Assembly: GCA_036557265.1 (NCBI GenBank)
Contig: DATBHU010000095.1
Span: 1-57,923, forward strand
Origin: Polyangia bacterium
GTDB taxonomy: Bacteria > Myxococcota_A > Polyangia > Fen-1088
DNA: 57,923 nt
Direction: 5' to 3'
Made by a program: the position numbers and the translations under genes. Numbering within the stretch: the first letter of the stretch is position 1; every line of letters begins with the position of its first letter. The notes under the pieces were generated by a model. The model was not told where the DNA came from and did no database searches. It saw nothing but the letters and a program-made list of their open reading frames with translations. This document shows, in pieces, positions 32,278-40,909 of the stretch.

Positions 32278-33060
32278 TCACGCCTGCAGAAACGCGAGCG
32301 CGGCGCGGACGAAGTCGGGGCGGGCGGGCCCGAACACGGCGTCGTGACCCGCGTTCGGGACGACGTGCAGGGCGGCGTCGGGGATCGCCCGATATTGCTC
32401 GACGAAGATCTCGAGCGGGTAGAGTGGGTCGCGATCGCCGGTGACGATCAGCGTCCGCGCCTGGATGGTCGCCAGGTGCGGCGGCGTGAAGGTCATGTCG
32501 TCGTAGCTGTCGGCGAAGCCGGCGGCGGCGCGCCAGAGCGCCCGGATCTGCTCGTCGCCGTGCACGTGCCGGGCGCGCATCATCGCCCAGTCCTCGGCGC
32601 TGCGCGTCTCCGGCGTGAACGACCGCATGATCGCGCGCGCCGGCGCCGGAAAGTAGCTGGGCGCCCCGATCAGCACCATGGCGGCGAGGCGGCCCGGGTC
32701 GCGCGTCGCCAGGTGCAGCAGGGTGTTGCCGCCCAGGCTGAGGCCGATCGCCTTGCAGCGCGCGACGCCCAGGTGATCGCACAGCGCCAGCACGTCGTCC
32801 GCGCACTGCCGGTGGGTGAAGGCGCCGGACAGGTTCGTCGACCGGCCGTGGCCGCGCGCGTCCGGGATGATCAGCCGGTACCGCCCGGCCAGCTCGTCGA
32901 GGTCGAACAGATATTTCCAGTCACCGCCGGCGCCGGTGAACCCGTGCAGCAGGAGCAGCGGCTCGCCGGCGCCGCGCAGCTCGCAGTGGAGCTCGGCCCC
33001 TTCGTGTGAGATCGAGGTGTGGTCGGTCGTCGGGATCGTCGCGGTCGTGTCGTTCGGCAT
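32278..33060 (-). CDS. alpha/beta-fold hydrolase
   Basis: LLLLHGFTG, nucleophile elbow GLSLGG, and a C-terminal His region PNAGHD. GGAGAGGAG RBS before ATG 33060. Confidence 0.8.
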   Translation of the reverse strand: MPNDTTATIPTTDHTSISHEGAELHCELRGAGEPLLLLHGFTGAGGDWKYLFDLDELAGRYRLIIPDARGHGRSTNLSGAFTHRQCADDVLALCDHLGVARCKAIGLSLGGNTLLHLATRDPGRLAAMVLIGAPSYFPAPARAIMRSFTPETRSAEDWAMMRARHVHGDEQIRALWRAAAGFADSYDDMTFTPPHLATIQARTLIVTGDRDPLYPLEIFVEQYRAIPDAALHVVPNAGHDAVFGPARPDFVRAALAFLQA

Positions 33061-33190
33061 GAATGGTCTCCTCTCCGCGACCATCGATAGGCGCGACGCG
33101 ACGCCGTTGATAGCTTCGATCGTTTTCGTTAGAATGGGATCGGTTGTTCGGGGCGAAGGGCAGGCGCGTTTTTCGCCGCCGCGGCCGCCG

Positions 33191-33940
33191 CTAGATCCGG
33201 AACGCGCGCACCGAGAGCGGCCAGTGGACGGGGCGGTCGCCGTGGGCGCCCCACGCCTCGCGCAGGCGCGGGAAGGCGAGCTCGAGCGCGTCCTGGCCGT
33301 GCGCGGCCAGGTACGGCTTGCGCGGCGACCAGGTGCCGAGATAGCCGAGCAGGTGCTCGAAGCTCCACGACAGCTGCATCGCGAAGGCCGGCGCCGCGAT
33401 CGGATTGAACGGGACCGCGATGGTGCGGTAGCCCTGCTCGACCAGCTTCCGCTCCGGCTCCCAGTACGGCCCCAGCAGGTCCTCGTAGTAGTGGTGGACC
33501 GCGGCGTCGACCTCGGGCGAGATGGTCGTCAACCCGTAGCACCAGAAGGCCAGCAGGCCCTGCGGGCGGACGACGCGGCGGACCTCGGCGAAGAACGCCG
33601 GGTGCTTGAACCAGTGGATGGCCTGCGCGACCGTCAGCAGATCGGCCGAGCCGGCGTCCAGTCCGGTCGCCTCGGCCGCGCCGCGCCGGTACTCGACGCG
33701 CGCCGCCGGGGTCGCGTTCGCCAGCTGCCCGTCGCTCGGCTCGACGCCGATGACGCGCTCGAAGTGGGCCGCCAGCGCGACCGCCGCCTGACCGTTGCCG
33801 GTCCCGACGTCGACCGCCAGCCGCCGCGCCGGCGCCTTCGAGGCCAGCCAGGCGTACAGCTCGAGCGGGTAGACCGGGCGAAACCGCGCGTAATCAGCGG
33901 CCTGGAGCGAGAACAGATCCTTGAACGCAGGTGTCGCCAT
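33191..33940 (-). CDS. class I SAM-dependent methyltransferase
   Basis: Motif I VDVGTGNGQAA, post-I VIGVEPS, and LRPQGLLAF-type motif. GGAGGA RBS before ATG 33940. Confidence 0.8.
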   Translation of the reverse strand: MATPAFKDLFSLQAADYARFRPVYPLELYAWLASKAPARRLAVDVGTGNGQAAVALAAHFERVIGVEPSDGQLANATPAARVEYRRGAAEATGLDAGSADLLTVAQAIHWFKHPAFFAEVRRVVRPQGLLAFWCYGLTTISPEVDAAVHHYYEDLLGPYWEPERKLVEQGYRTIAVPFNPIAAPAFAMQLSWSFEHLLGYLGTWSPRKPYLAAHGQDALELAFPRLREAWGAHGDRPVHWPLSVRAFRI

Positions 33941-34122
33941 CGCTTTCGAGTCCTCCGGGCAAAGAAGGGACAGGCACTCCGCGCGCCCTTTGCGATGCTG
34001 GCACGCACGGGCGGTTACGCGGGGGGCGCGAAATTTCCCCGGACGTCCGATTATCGCCGCCGGACGAATACCCTGTGCGGCGCGCTTGTATGCGCCGCCG
34101 ATCGCGATGAACATGTGACGCA

Positions 34123-35724
34123 ATGGAGATGGAGCGCCTGGACGAAATCGCCGTCCGGCTCGCCGGCATCAGCGATCCGGTCCGGCTGCTGCAGGGGATC
34201 TTTGCGTATGCGCCGTTCGGGCTGCAGGTCTACAAGGCCGACGGTCACTGCCTGCTGACCAACAAGGCGTTTCGCGATCTGTTCGGCTCGGAGCCGCCGC
34301 CCGAATACAACGTCCTGCACGACGACATCGCCGAGCGCCAGGGGCTGCTCGGGCTGGTCAAGCGCGCGTTCGCCGGCGAGACCGTGCAGACGCCGACGTT
34401 CTGGTACGACCCGCGCGACCTCGAGCAGGTGCACGTGACGGAGGGGCGGCGCGCGGCCGTGTCGATCACGATGATGCCGCTGTTCGGGGCGTCGGGCGCG
34501 GTCGAGCACGTCGCGCTGGTCATCAAGGACCAGACCGAGGAGACGCTGGCACGCGAGCGGGCGGAGGCGGCGCGCGCCGACGCGGAAGGGCTGGCCGCGC
34601 AGCGCGCCGACCAGGAGCGCTGGCTGCAGACCGTGCTGGACCAGATGCCGCTGCCGCTGCTGTTCGTCGAGCCGGGGACGGCGCGGGTCTTCTTCTCCAA
34701 CGCGGCCGCCCGTCGCATGGCGGGCGGCGCGCCGCCGTACCCGCAGTCGGCGGACGATCACCTGCGGATGTTCGACCTGCGCGACCTCGACGATCGCCCG
34801 CTGCGGCTGGAGGACGTGCCGATCGTGCGGGCGGCGCGCGGGCAGGCGGTCTCGGGCCAGCAGATCCGCTGGTACACGCCGGCCGGGCCGAAGGTGATCA
34901 CCGTCGACGCCGCGCGCATCCCCGCCATCCTCGGCCATCCGGAGACGGTGCTGATCGCCTTCGACGACATCACGGCGTTGAAGGACGCGCAGGGGCAGCT
35001 GGAGGAGGCGGTGCGCGTGCGCCAGGACTTCCTGTCGATCGCGGGCCACGAGCTGAAGACGCCGCTGACGTCGGTGATGCTGAACGTGCACACCATCGAC
35101 AAGGGGCTGCAGGCGGGCGGGCGCGCCGACGATGCGCGCATGAAGGGGCGCTGGCAGGCGCTGACGCGGCAGATTCGCCGTCTCGACGGGCTGGTCGATC
35201 AGCTGCTCGACGTTTCGCGCATCACCGCCGGCAAGCTGGCGCTGATGCCCGAGCGCATCGATCTGGGCGAGCTGGCGCGCGAGGTGGCGGGCCGCTTCGC
35301 GCCGCCCTCCGCCGAGGCCGGCGCCATCGAGGTGCAGGTGACGGGCGCCGTCCAGGGGTTCTGGGATCGCCTGCGCCTCGAGCAGATCCTGACGAACCTG
35401 CTGTCCAACGCCGTCAAGTACGGGGCAGGGCGGCCGATCGCCATCGACGTGGGCGCGAGCGGCCCCGAGGAGAACGCCCAGCTGTGGATCGCCGTGCGCG
35501 ATCGCGGCATCGGCATGTCAGCGGACGATCTGGGGCGCATCTTCGGCCGCTTCGAGCGCGCGGTCTCCGAACGCAACTACGGCGGCCTCGGGCTCGGCCT
35601 CTGGATCGTGCGGCAGGTGGTCGAGGCGATGGGCGGCAGCATCTCCGCCGACAGCCAGCCCGGGCGCGGGTCGACCTTCACGGTGCGGCTGCCGCGGCGG
35701 TCGGCGCCGTCCGGGCAGTTGTGA
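34123..35724 (+). CDS. cytoplasmic PAS-domain sensor histidine kinase
   Basis: Two PAS-like regions, H-box FLSIAGHELKTPL, N-box LLSNAVKYG, and G-boxes DRGIGM / GGLGLGLWIV. No TM segment. Confidence 0.9.
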   Translation: MEMERLDEIAVRLAGISDPVRLLQGIFAYAPFGLQVYKADGHCLLTNKAFRDLFGSEPPPEYNVLHDDIAERQGLLGLVKRAFAGETVQTPTFWYDPRDLEQVHVTEGRRAAVSITMMPLFGASGAVEHVALVIKDQTEETLARERAEAARADAEGLAAQRADQERWLQTVLDQMPLPLLFVEPGTARVFFSNAAARRMAGGAPPYPQSADDHLRMFDLRDLDDRPLRLEDVPIVRAARGQAVSGQQIRWYTPAGPKVITVDAARIPAILGHPETVLIAFDDITALKDAQGQLEEAVRVRQDFLSIAGHELKTPLTSVMLNVHTIDKGLQAGGRADDARMKGRWQALTRQIRRLDGLVDQLLDVSRITAGKLALMPERIDLGELAREVAGRFAPPSAEAGAIEVQVTGAVQGFWDRLRLEQILTNLLSNAVKYGAGRPIAIDVGASGPEENAQLWIAVRDRGIGMSADDLGRIFGRFERAVSERNYGGLGLGLWIVRQVVEAMGGSISADSQPGRGSTFTVRLPRRSAPSGQL

Positions 35725-35768
35725 ATATCCGCTCAGGCGAGCGTTAGTAGGGCGAGGGAGAGTCCACG

Positions 35769-36113
35769 TTGAAGCTGCCCAACGTCTTCGCGGAACAGAC
35801 GCCCGCCCGCAGGTTTCGCGCGGGTCAGATGATCTTCGCGGCCGGGGAGCCGGCCGATTGCATGTACGTCGTCAAGGCCGGCCGCGTCGACATCGTCAAG
35901 GGCCAGGAGATCATCGAGACCGTCGGTCCAGAAGGGTTCTTCGGCGAGCTCGCGCTGGTCGACGCCGGCCCGCGGGCCGCGGCGGCGCGCGCCCAGACCG
36001 ACTGCGAGCTCGCCCCGATCAACGACGAGCAGTTCCAGTTCATGGTCGCCCAGACGCCGTCCTTCGCGCTCGTCGTCATGCGCGCGCTGGCCACCCGCCT
36101 GCGCCGCGCCTAG
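35769..36113 (+). CDS. stand-alone cyclic-nucleotide-binding domain protein
   Basis: FFGELALVD....RAAAARA is the phosphate-binding-cassette pattern. 114 aa, TTG start. Confidence 0.7.
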   Translation: MKLPNVFAEQTPARRFRAGQMIFAAGEPADCMYVVKAGRVDIVKGQEIIETVGPEGFFGELALVDAGPRAAAARAQTDCELAPINDEQFQFMVAQTPSFALVVMRALATRLRRA

Positions 36114-36173
36114 GCGGCAGCGGGCCGGATCTCGGGGGCGCGAAGCGGCCCGCCGTGTGGTAGTGCATTCGCC

Positions 36174-36905
36174 ATGGGACGCATCTTCGAGACGCGCAAG
36201 GCCACCATGTTCAAGCGGTGGGACAAGATGGCCAAGGCGTTCACGCGCATCGGCAAGGACATCGCGATCGCGGTGAAGGCCGGGGGCCCGAGCCCCGACA
36301 GCAACCCGGCGCTGCGGCGCATGGTGCAGAACGCGCGCGCGGCGAACATGCCGAAGGACAAGATCGAGAACGCCATCAAGAAGGCGTCGGGGCAGGGCGC
36401 GGAGAACTACGACATCGTCATGTACGAGGGCTACGCGTCGCACGGCATCGCCGTGATGGTCGAGACCGCGACCAACAACGTCGTGCGGACGGTGGCCAAC
36501 GTGCGGTCGGCGTTCAAGACGTACGGCGGCGCGCTCGGCACGGAGGGGAGCGTCGCGTTCCAGTTCAAGCGCATGGGCGTCTTCCGCCTGGCGCCCGACG
36601 CACTGGCCGGCAAGGACCCGGAGGCGCTGGAGCTGGATCTGATCGACCACGGCCTCGAGGAGATGGGCGAGGGGACCAGCGACAAGGGCGAGCCGCAGAC
36701 CATCATCCGCGGCGCCTTCGCCGACTTCGGCAAGCTGCAGGCGGCGATCGAGGCGCGCGGCGTCGCCGTCCAGTCGGCCGAGTCCGAGTACGTCGCCCAG
36801 AACCTCGTGTCGCTCGACGACGACAAGGCGAAGGACGTCCTGGAGCTGGTGGACGCGCTCGAACAGGACGAGGACGTCCAGCGCGTCTTCCACAACCTCG
36901 GGTGA
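36174..36905 (+). CDS. YebC/PmpR family DNA-binding regulator
   Basis: [41 protein letters not shown]...[13 protein letters not shown] is the canonical YebC N-terminus. Confidence 0.9.
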   Translation: MGRIFETRKATMFKRWDKMAKAFTRIGKDIAIAVKAGGPSPDSNPALRRMVQNARAANMPKDKIENAIKKASGQGAENYDIVMYEGYASHGIAVMVETATNNVVRTVANVRSAFKTYGGALGTEGSVAFQFKRMGVFRLAPDALAGKDPEALELDLIDHGLEEMGEGTSDKGEPQTIIRGAFADFGKLQAAIEARGVAVQSAESEYVAQNLVSLDDDKAKDVLELVDALEQDEDVQRVFHNLG

Positions 36906-36958
36906 GGAAGCACAGAGTCCGGGCGAGTGACTGAGCCGGAGTCCCTGCTCGCCGTTTG

Positions 36959-36998
36959 CCCTCGCCCCGCGAAGCGGGGAGAGGGTCAGGGAGAGGGG
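36959..36998. repeat. intergenic palindromic repeat motif 1, inverted copy
   Basis: Its reverse complement matches 29866..29905 at 39 of 40 positions. It lies 54 nt after the yebC-family stop. Confidence 0.85.
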
Positions 36999-37006
36999 CT
37001 CGTCTG

Positions 37007-37489
37007 TCAGTCCGCGCTCTTGCGGACGCCGCAGCCCTTCATCTGCCAGCCGCCGCCGGGCTGACGCTCGCGGAACTCGGGGCGGTACTCGCTGCGCGCA
37101 TCCTCGGTCAACAGTCCGCACGGCTCGAACCAGTGAACCGTCCGCGCCTGGCCGAGCACGGGCGGCAGCTCGCCGCTGAACTCCGGCGACGTCGGGCAGC
37201 GGTGGTGCCAGAGCGCCTCCTCGCCCGGCGGCGTGGCGAAGGACAGCACCTCCTTCACGCCGCCGTTGCAGTTCGTCGCCACCACCAGCACCGGCCCCGG
37301 CAGCTGCCCCTTCGGCTCGACCCGCAGCAGCAGGTCGTGATGGAACTCGCCGCGCTGCCAGTGGTCGAGGATCTCGTACCCGCCGAATTTATCGGTCAGG
37401 TCCGCGAGCAGCGACCCCAGACCCAGATTGCGCGCCAGCGCTGCGACGCCCATGGCCTTCATCCTGTCATAACGGTGTCCGCTCGCCAT
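37007..37489 (-). CDS. hypothetical protein, probably co-transcribed downstream of nrdJ
   Basis: 160-aa ORF with protein-like composition, starting 53 nt after the nrdJ stop on the same strand. No family recognised. Confidence 0.5.
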   Translation of the reverse strand: MASGHRYDRMKAMGVAALARNLGLGSLLADLTDKFGGYEILDHWQRGEFHHDLLLRVEPKGQLPGPVLVVATNCNGGVKEVLSFATPPGEEALWHHRCPTSPEFSGELPPVLGQARTVHWFEPCGLLTEDARSEYRPEFRERQPGGGWQMKGCGVRKSAD

Positions 37490-37542
37490 CTTCCCGGCTC
37501 CCTCTCCCCACGCTGCCGCCGGCGCGGGGAGAACGGCTCAGG

Positions 37543-40473
37543 CTACGAACAGCCGCTGGTCGTGCCGCAGTTGACGCACTTGTGGCAGCTGCCGTTGGGG
37601 ATCATGATCGATCCGCATTCGGGGCAGGTGGGCGCGTCGGTGCGGGCGATGAAGCTGTAGTTGCCGTTGCCCGTGTGGCTGCTGCCGCCGTTCTTGTGGC
37701 CCGACGTTCCATTGCTGCCGTTGCGCGGGATGGCGCGGCGGTCGTCCAGCACCTCGATCTTCTGCGCGGCCGCCACCACCTCGGCGACGCGCTGGATCTC
37801 CTCGGTGGCCGGCGCGGGCGGCGCTTCTTCCGCCGCCGCGGGCTCCTGCTTCACGAACTTCGAGGCGAGGTACCGGAACAGGTAGTCCATGATCGAGCTC
37901 GCCCGCGGGATGTCCGGGTTCTCGGTGAAGCCGTAAGGCTCGAAGCGCGTGCGCGAGAACTTGTCGCACAGCAGCCGCACCGGCACGCCGTGCTGCAACG
38001 CCAGCGAGATCGCCGTCGCGAAGCTGTCCATCAGGCCCGAGATCGTCGAGCCCTCCTTGGCCATCTTCACGAAGATCTCGCCCGGCTCGCCGGTCTCGTA
38101 GAGGCCGATGTGGATGTAGCCCTCGTGCCCCGCGATCGAGAACTTGTGCGTCAGCGACTGCCGCTCGTCCGGCAGCTTCTTGCGCACCGCCGCCGGCGGC
38201 CCGCTCCGCGGCGCCTCCGTCACGGCGCCTGCCGCGCTCTTGCCCAGCCCCGGGTCGGTCTTGCTGGTCGACAGCGGCTGGGTCCGCTTGCAGCCGTCGC
38301 GGTAGATCGCGACCGCCTTCAGCCCCTGCTTCCACGACTCCATGTAGGCGTCCTGGACGTCTTCGATGGTCGCGTCGGCCGGCAGGTTGACCGTCTTCGA
38401 GATCGCGCCCGAGATGAACGGCTGCGCCGCCGCCATCATGCGGATGTGCCCCTGGAAGTGGATCGACCGCGTGCCGTTCGCCGCGCGGAACGCGCAATCG
38501 AACACCGGCAGGTGCTCCGGCTTCAGCCCGGGCGCGCCCTCGATCGTCTCCTCGGTGTCGATGTAGTCGACGATCGCCTTCACCTGGCCCTCGTCGTACC
38601 CCAGCTTGGCCAGCGCCTCGGTGATCGTGTTGTTCACGATCTTGATCATGCCGCCGCCCACCAGCCGCTTGTACTTGATGAGCGCGATGTCCGGCTCGAT
38701 GCCCGTGGTGTCGCAGTCCATCATGAAGCCGATGGTCCCGGTCGGCGCCAGCACCGTCGCCTGGCCGTTGCGGTAGCCGAACTCTTTACCGATCGACAGC
38801 GTCTGGTCCCAGGCGTCGCGCGCGGCGTCCATCATGTTGGCCGGCACGTGGTCCGCCTCGATCTTGTCGACCGCGCGGCGATGCTTCTGCATGACGCCGA
38901 TGAACGGCTCGCGGTTCTCGGCGTAGCCGTCGAACGGGCCGGTCACGTCGCGCGCGATCACCGCGCTGGTCCGGTAGGCCCAGCCGGTCATGATCGACGT
39001 GATGGCGCCCGCGTAGGCGCGCGCCGGCGCGCTGTCGTAAGGCAGCCCGCGCGACATCAGCAGCGCGCCCAGGTTGGCGTAGCCGAGGCCGAGCGGCCGG
39101 AAGCGGTGCGAGTTGTCGCGGATCCGCTCGGTCGGGTACTTCGCGTTGCCGACGATGATCTCCTGCCCGATGATCGTCGTCGCGACCGCCTGCCGGAACG
39201 ACTCGACGTCGAACTCGCCGGCGTTCGGGCTGCCCTCGGGGCTCACGAACTTGCGCAGGTTCAGCGACGCCAGGTTGCACGCCGAATCGTCGAGGTACAT
39301 GTACTCGCTGCACGGGTTGGACGCGTTGATGCGCGCCGTGCCCGACGACGTGTGCCAGGCGTTGACCGTCGTGTCGTACTGCAGGCCGGGATCGCCGCAC
39401 TCCCAGGCTGCGGTCGCGATGTCGCGCCACAGGTCGCGCGCCTTCACCGTCTCCACGACGCTGCCGTCGCGCACCGCGCGCAGCGGCCAGTCGCGGTCTT
39501 TCTGCACCGCCTCCATGAAGTCGTCGGTGACGCGCACCGAGTTGTTGGAGTTCTGGAAGAAGACCGACTTGTACGCTTCGCCGTCGAACGACCCGTCGTA
39601 GCCGGCGTCGATCAGCGTCCAGGCCTTCTTCTCCTCCTTCGACTTGCACTGGATGAACTCGTCGACGTCGGGGTGGTCGACGTTCAGGATGACCATCTTC
39701 GCCGCGCGGCGGGTCTTGCCGCCCGACTTGATGACGCCCGCGAACGCGTCGAAGCCGCGCATGAAGCTGACCGGGCCGCTCGCGGTGCCGCCGCCCACGA
39801 GCAGCTCCTTCGACGACCGGATCGGCGACAGGTTCGTCCCCGTGCCCGAGCCGTACTTGAACAGCATGCCTTCCGTCTTCGCCAGCCCGAGGATCGACTC
39901 CATCGTGTCCTGCACGCTGTTGATGAAGCAGGCCGAGCACTGCGGGTCGGCCTCGATGCCGACGTTGAACCAGACCGGCGAGTTGAACGACATCTTCTGC
40001 TGCACCAGCAGGTGCTTCAGCTCGGCGTTGAACACGCGCGCCGACTCGTCGTCGGCGAAGTAGCCGTCCTTCTTGCCCCAGCCCGTGATCGTGTCGGCGA
40101 CGCGCGAGATCAGCTGGCGCACCGACCGCTCGCGCTCCGGCGTTCCAATTACGCCGCGGAAGTATTTCTGGACGACCACGTTCGTCGCGGTCTGCGTCCA
40201 GCTCTTCGGCACCTCGACGTCCTTCTGCTCGAACACCATCTTGCCGTTCTCGCCGGTGATGGCCGCCGTGCGCAGCTCCCACTCGACGTTGGCGAAGCCG
40301 TCGTCACCCGGAGCCGTGAAGTAGCGCGTCAGCTTGAGGCCGTACGGCGCGCCGGCGGGTGTTTTGCCCGCGGTCGGCTTGGCCGGCGAGATCGTCCCCG
40401 CGGGTTTGGCGGACGCGACGGTCCCATTCGAGCGGACGTTGCGGCTTCTCTTGGCGTCGTGCTTTTCCAGCAT
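37543..40473 (-). CDS. nrdJ: adenosylcobalamin-dependent (class II) ribonucleotide reductase with C-terminal CxxC...CxxC zinc ribbon
   Basis: 976 aa with VQKYFRG, SPVWFN, NPCSEY and TGIEPD motifs. C-terminus CPECGSIMIPNGSCHKCVNCG. AAGGGGAGGG RBS. Confidence 0.9.
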   Translation of the reverse strand: MLEKHDAKRSRNVRSNGTVASAKPAGTISPAKPTAGKTPAGAPYGLKLTRYFTAPGDDGFANVEWELRTAAITGENGKMVFEQKDVEVPKSWTQTATNVVVQKYFRGVIGTPERERSVRQLISRVADTITGWGKKDGYFADDESARVFNAELKHLLVQQKMSFNSPVWFNVGIEADPQCSACFINSVQDTMESILGLAKTEGMLFKYGSGTGTNLSPIRSSKELLVGGGTASGPVSFMRGFDAFAGVIKSGGKTRRAAKMVILNVDHPDVDEFIQCKSKEEKKAWTLIDAGYDGSFDGEAYKSVFFQNSNNSVRVTDDFMEAVQKDRDWPLRAVRDGSVVETVKARDLWRDIATAAWECGDPGLQYDTTVNAWHTSSGTARINASNPCSEYMYLDDSACNLASLNLRKFVSPEGSPNAGEFDVESFRQAVATTIIGQEIIVGNAKYPTERIRDNSHRFRPLGLGYANLGALLMSRGLPYDSAPARAYAGAITSIMTGWAYRTSAVIARDVTGPFDGYAENREPFIGVMQKHRRAVDKIEADHVPANMMDAARDAWDQTLSIGKEFGYRNGQATVLAPTGTIGFMMDCDTTGIEPDIALIKYKRLVGGGMIKIVNNTITEALAKLGYDEGQVKAIVDYIDTEETIEGAPGLKPEHLPVFDCAFRAANGTRSIHFQGHIRMMAAAQPFISGAISKTVNLPADATIEDVQDAYMESWKQGLKAVAIYRDGCKRTQPLSTSKTDPGLGKSAAGAVTEAPRSGPPAAVRKKLPDERQSLTHKFSIAGHEGYIHIGLYETGEPGEIFVKMAKEGSTISGLMDSFATAISLALQHGVPVRLLCDKFSRTRFEPYGFTENPDIPRASSIMDYLFRYLASKFVKQEPAAAEEAPPAPATEEIQRVAEVVAAAQKIEVLDDRRAIPRNGSNGTSGHKNGGSSHTGNGNYSFIARTDAPTCPECGSIMIPNGSCHKCVNCGTTSGCS

Positions 40474-40544
40474 GGAGGGCCCTCCCCTTAAAAACCTTGG
40501 CGCCGAAACGGCGCCTGCAGACTTCTAAACTAGGCGCGCCCGAA

Positions 40545-40591
40545 ACACAAGATATTGAGCAATCGATGCCGCGAACCACAACCTGTTGTGG
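40545..40591. promoter_or_regulatory. two NrdR-box-like 16-bp palindromes upstream of nrdJ
   Basis: ACACAAGATATTGAGC (40545-40560) matches the acaCwAtATaTwGtgt consensus at 13 of 16 positions. CCACAACCTGTTGTGG (40576-40591) has perfect 7+7 arms. The centres are 31 bp apart, and the boxes lie 72-118 nt upstream of the ATG. Confidence 0.55.
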
Positions 40592-40909
40592 ACTGGCGGT
40601 GGGAAACGAGTGGACAGCCTGTGGGCACCGCCGCGGAAGCTAAATGGTTGCGCGGGACAGGGGCGCGGACCCGTGATTATCCACCCGCTGTGGCCAAAAG
40701 CAAGTACATTGCACCACGTGACAATGCATATATGGTCATGCGATACGATTTTTACGCGCAGCGGCGTTTTTTGAGATGCCGGTAGCGGGCGCGCGTGCCC
40801 GGTTGGGCTGACCCTCGATCGGAATCGCACGGGGCTCCCTTGTCCTGCCCCTGCTCTCCCAGCGGATCGGATTTCGCGGTGTGCGAAACTGGGGCCCCGA
40901 GGTGAATCG

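Noticed and set aside
40592-40700. Possible cobalamin riboswitch in the long nrdJ/ctpA intergenic region. GGGAAACGAGTGG and CCCGCTGTGG resemble pieces of the B12-element core.
   Set aside because: The pieces are on the ctpA-facing strand and in the wrong order and spacing. There is no B12-box (AGYCMGgAgaCCkGCc-like) sequence. B12 riboswitches normally control B12-independent RNRs or transport genes, not nrdJ. An Rfam RF00174 scan would settle it.
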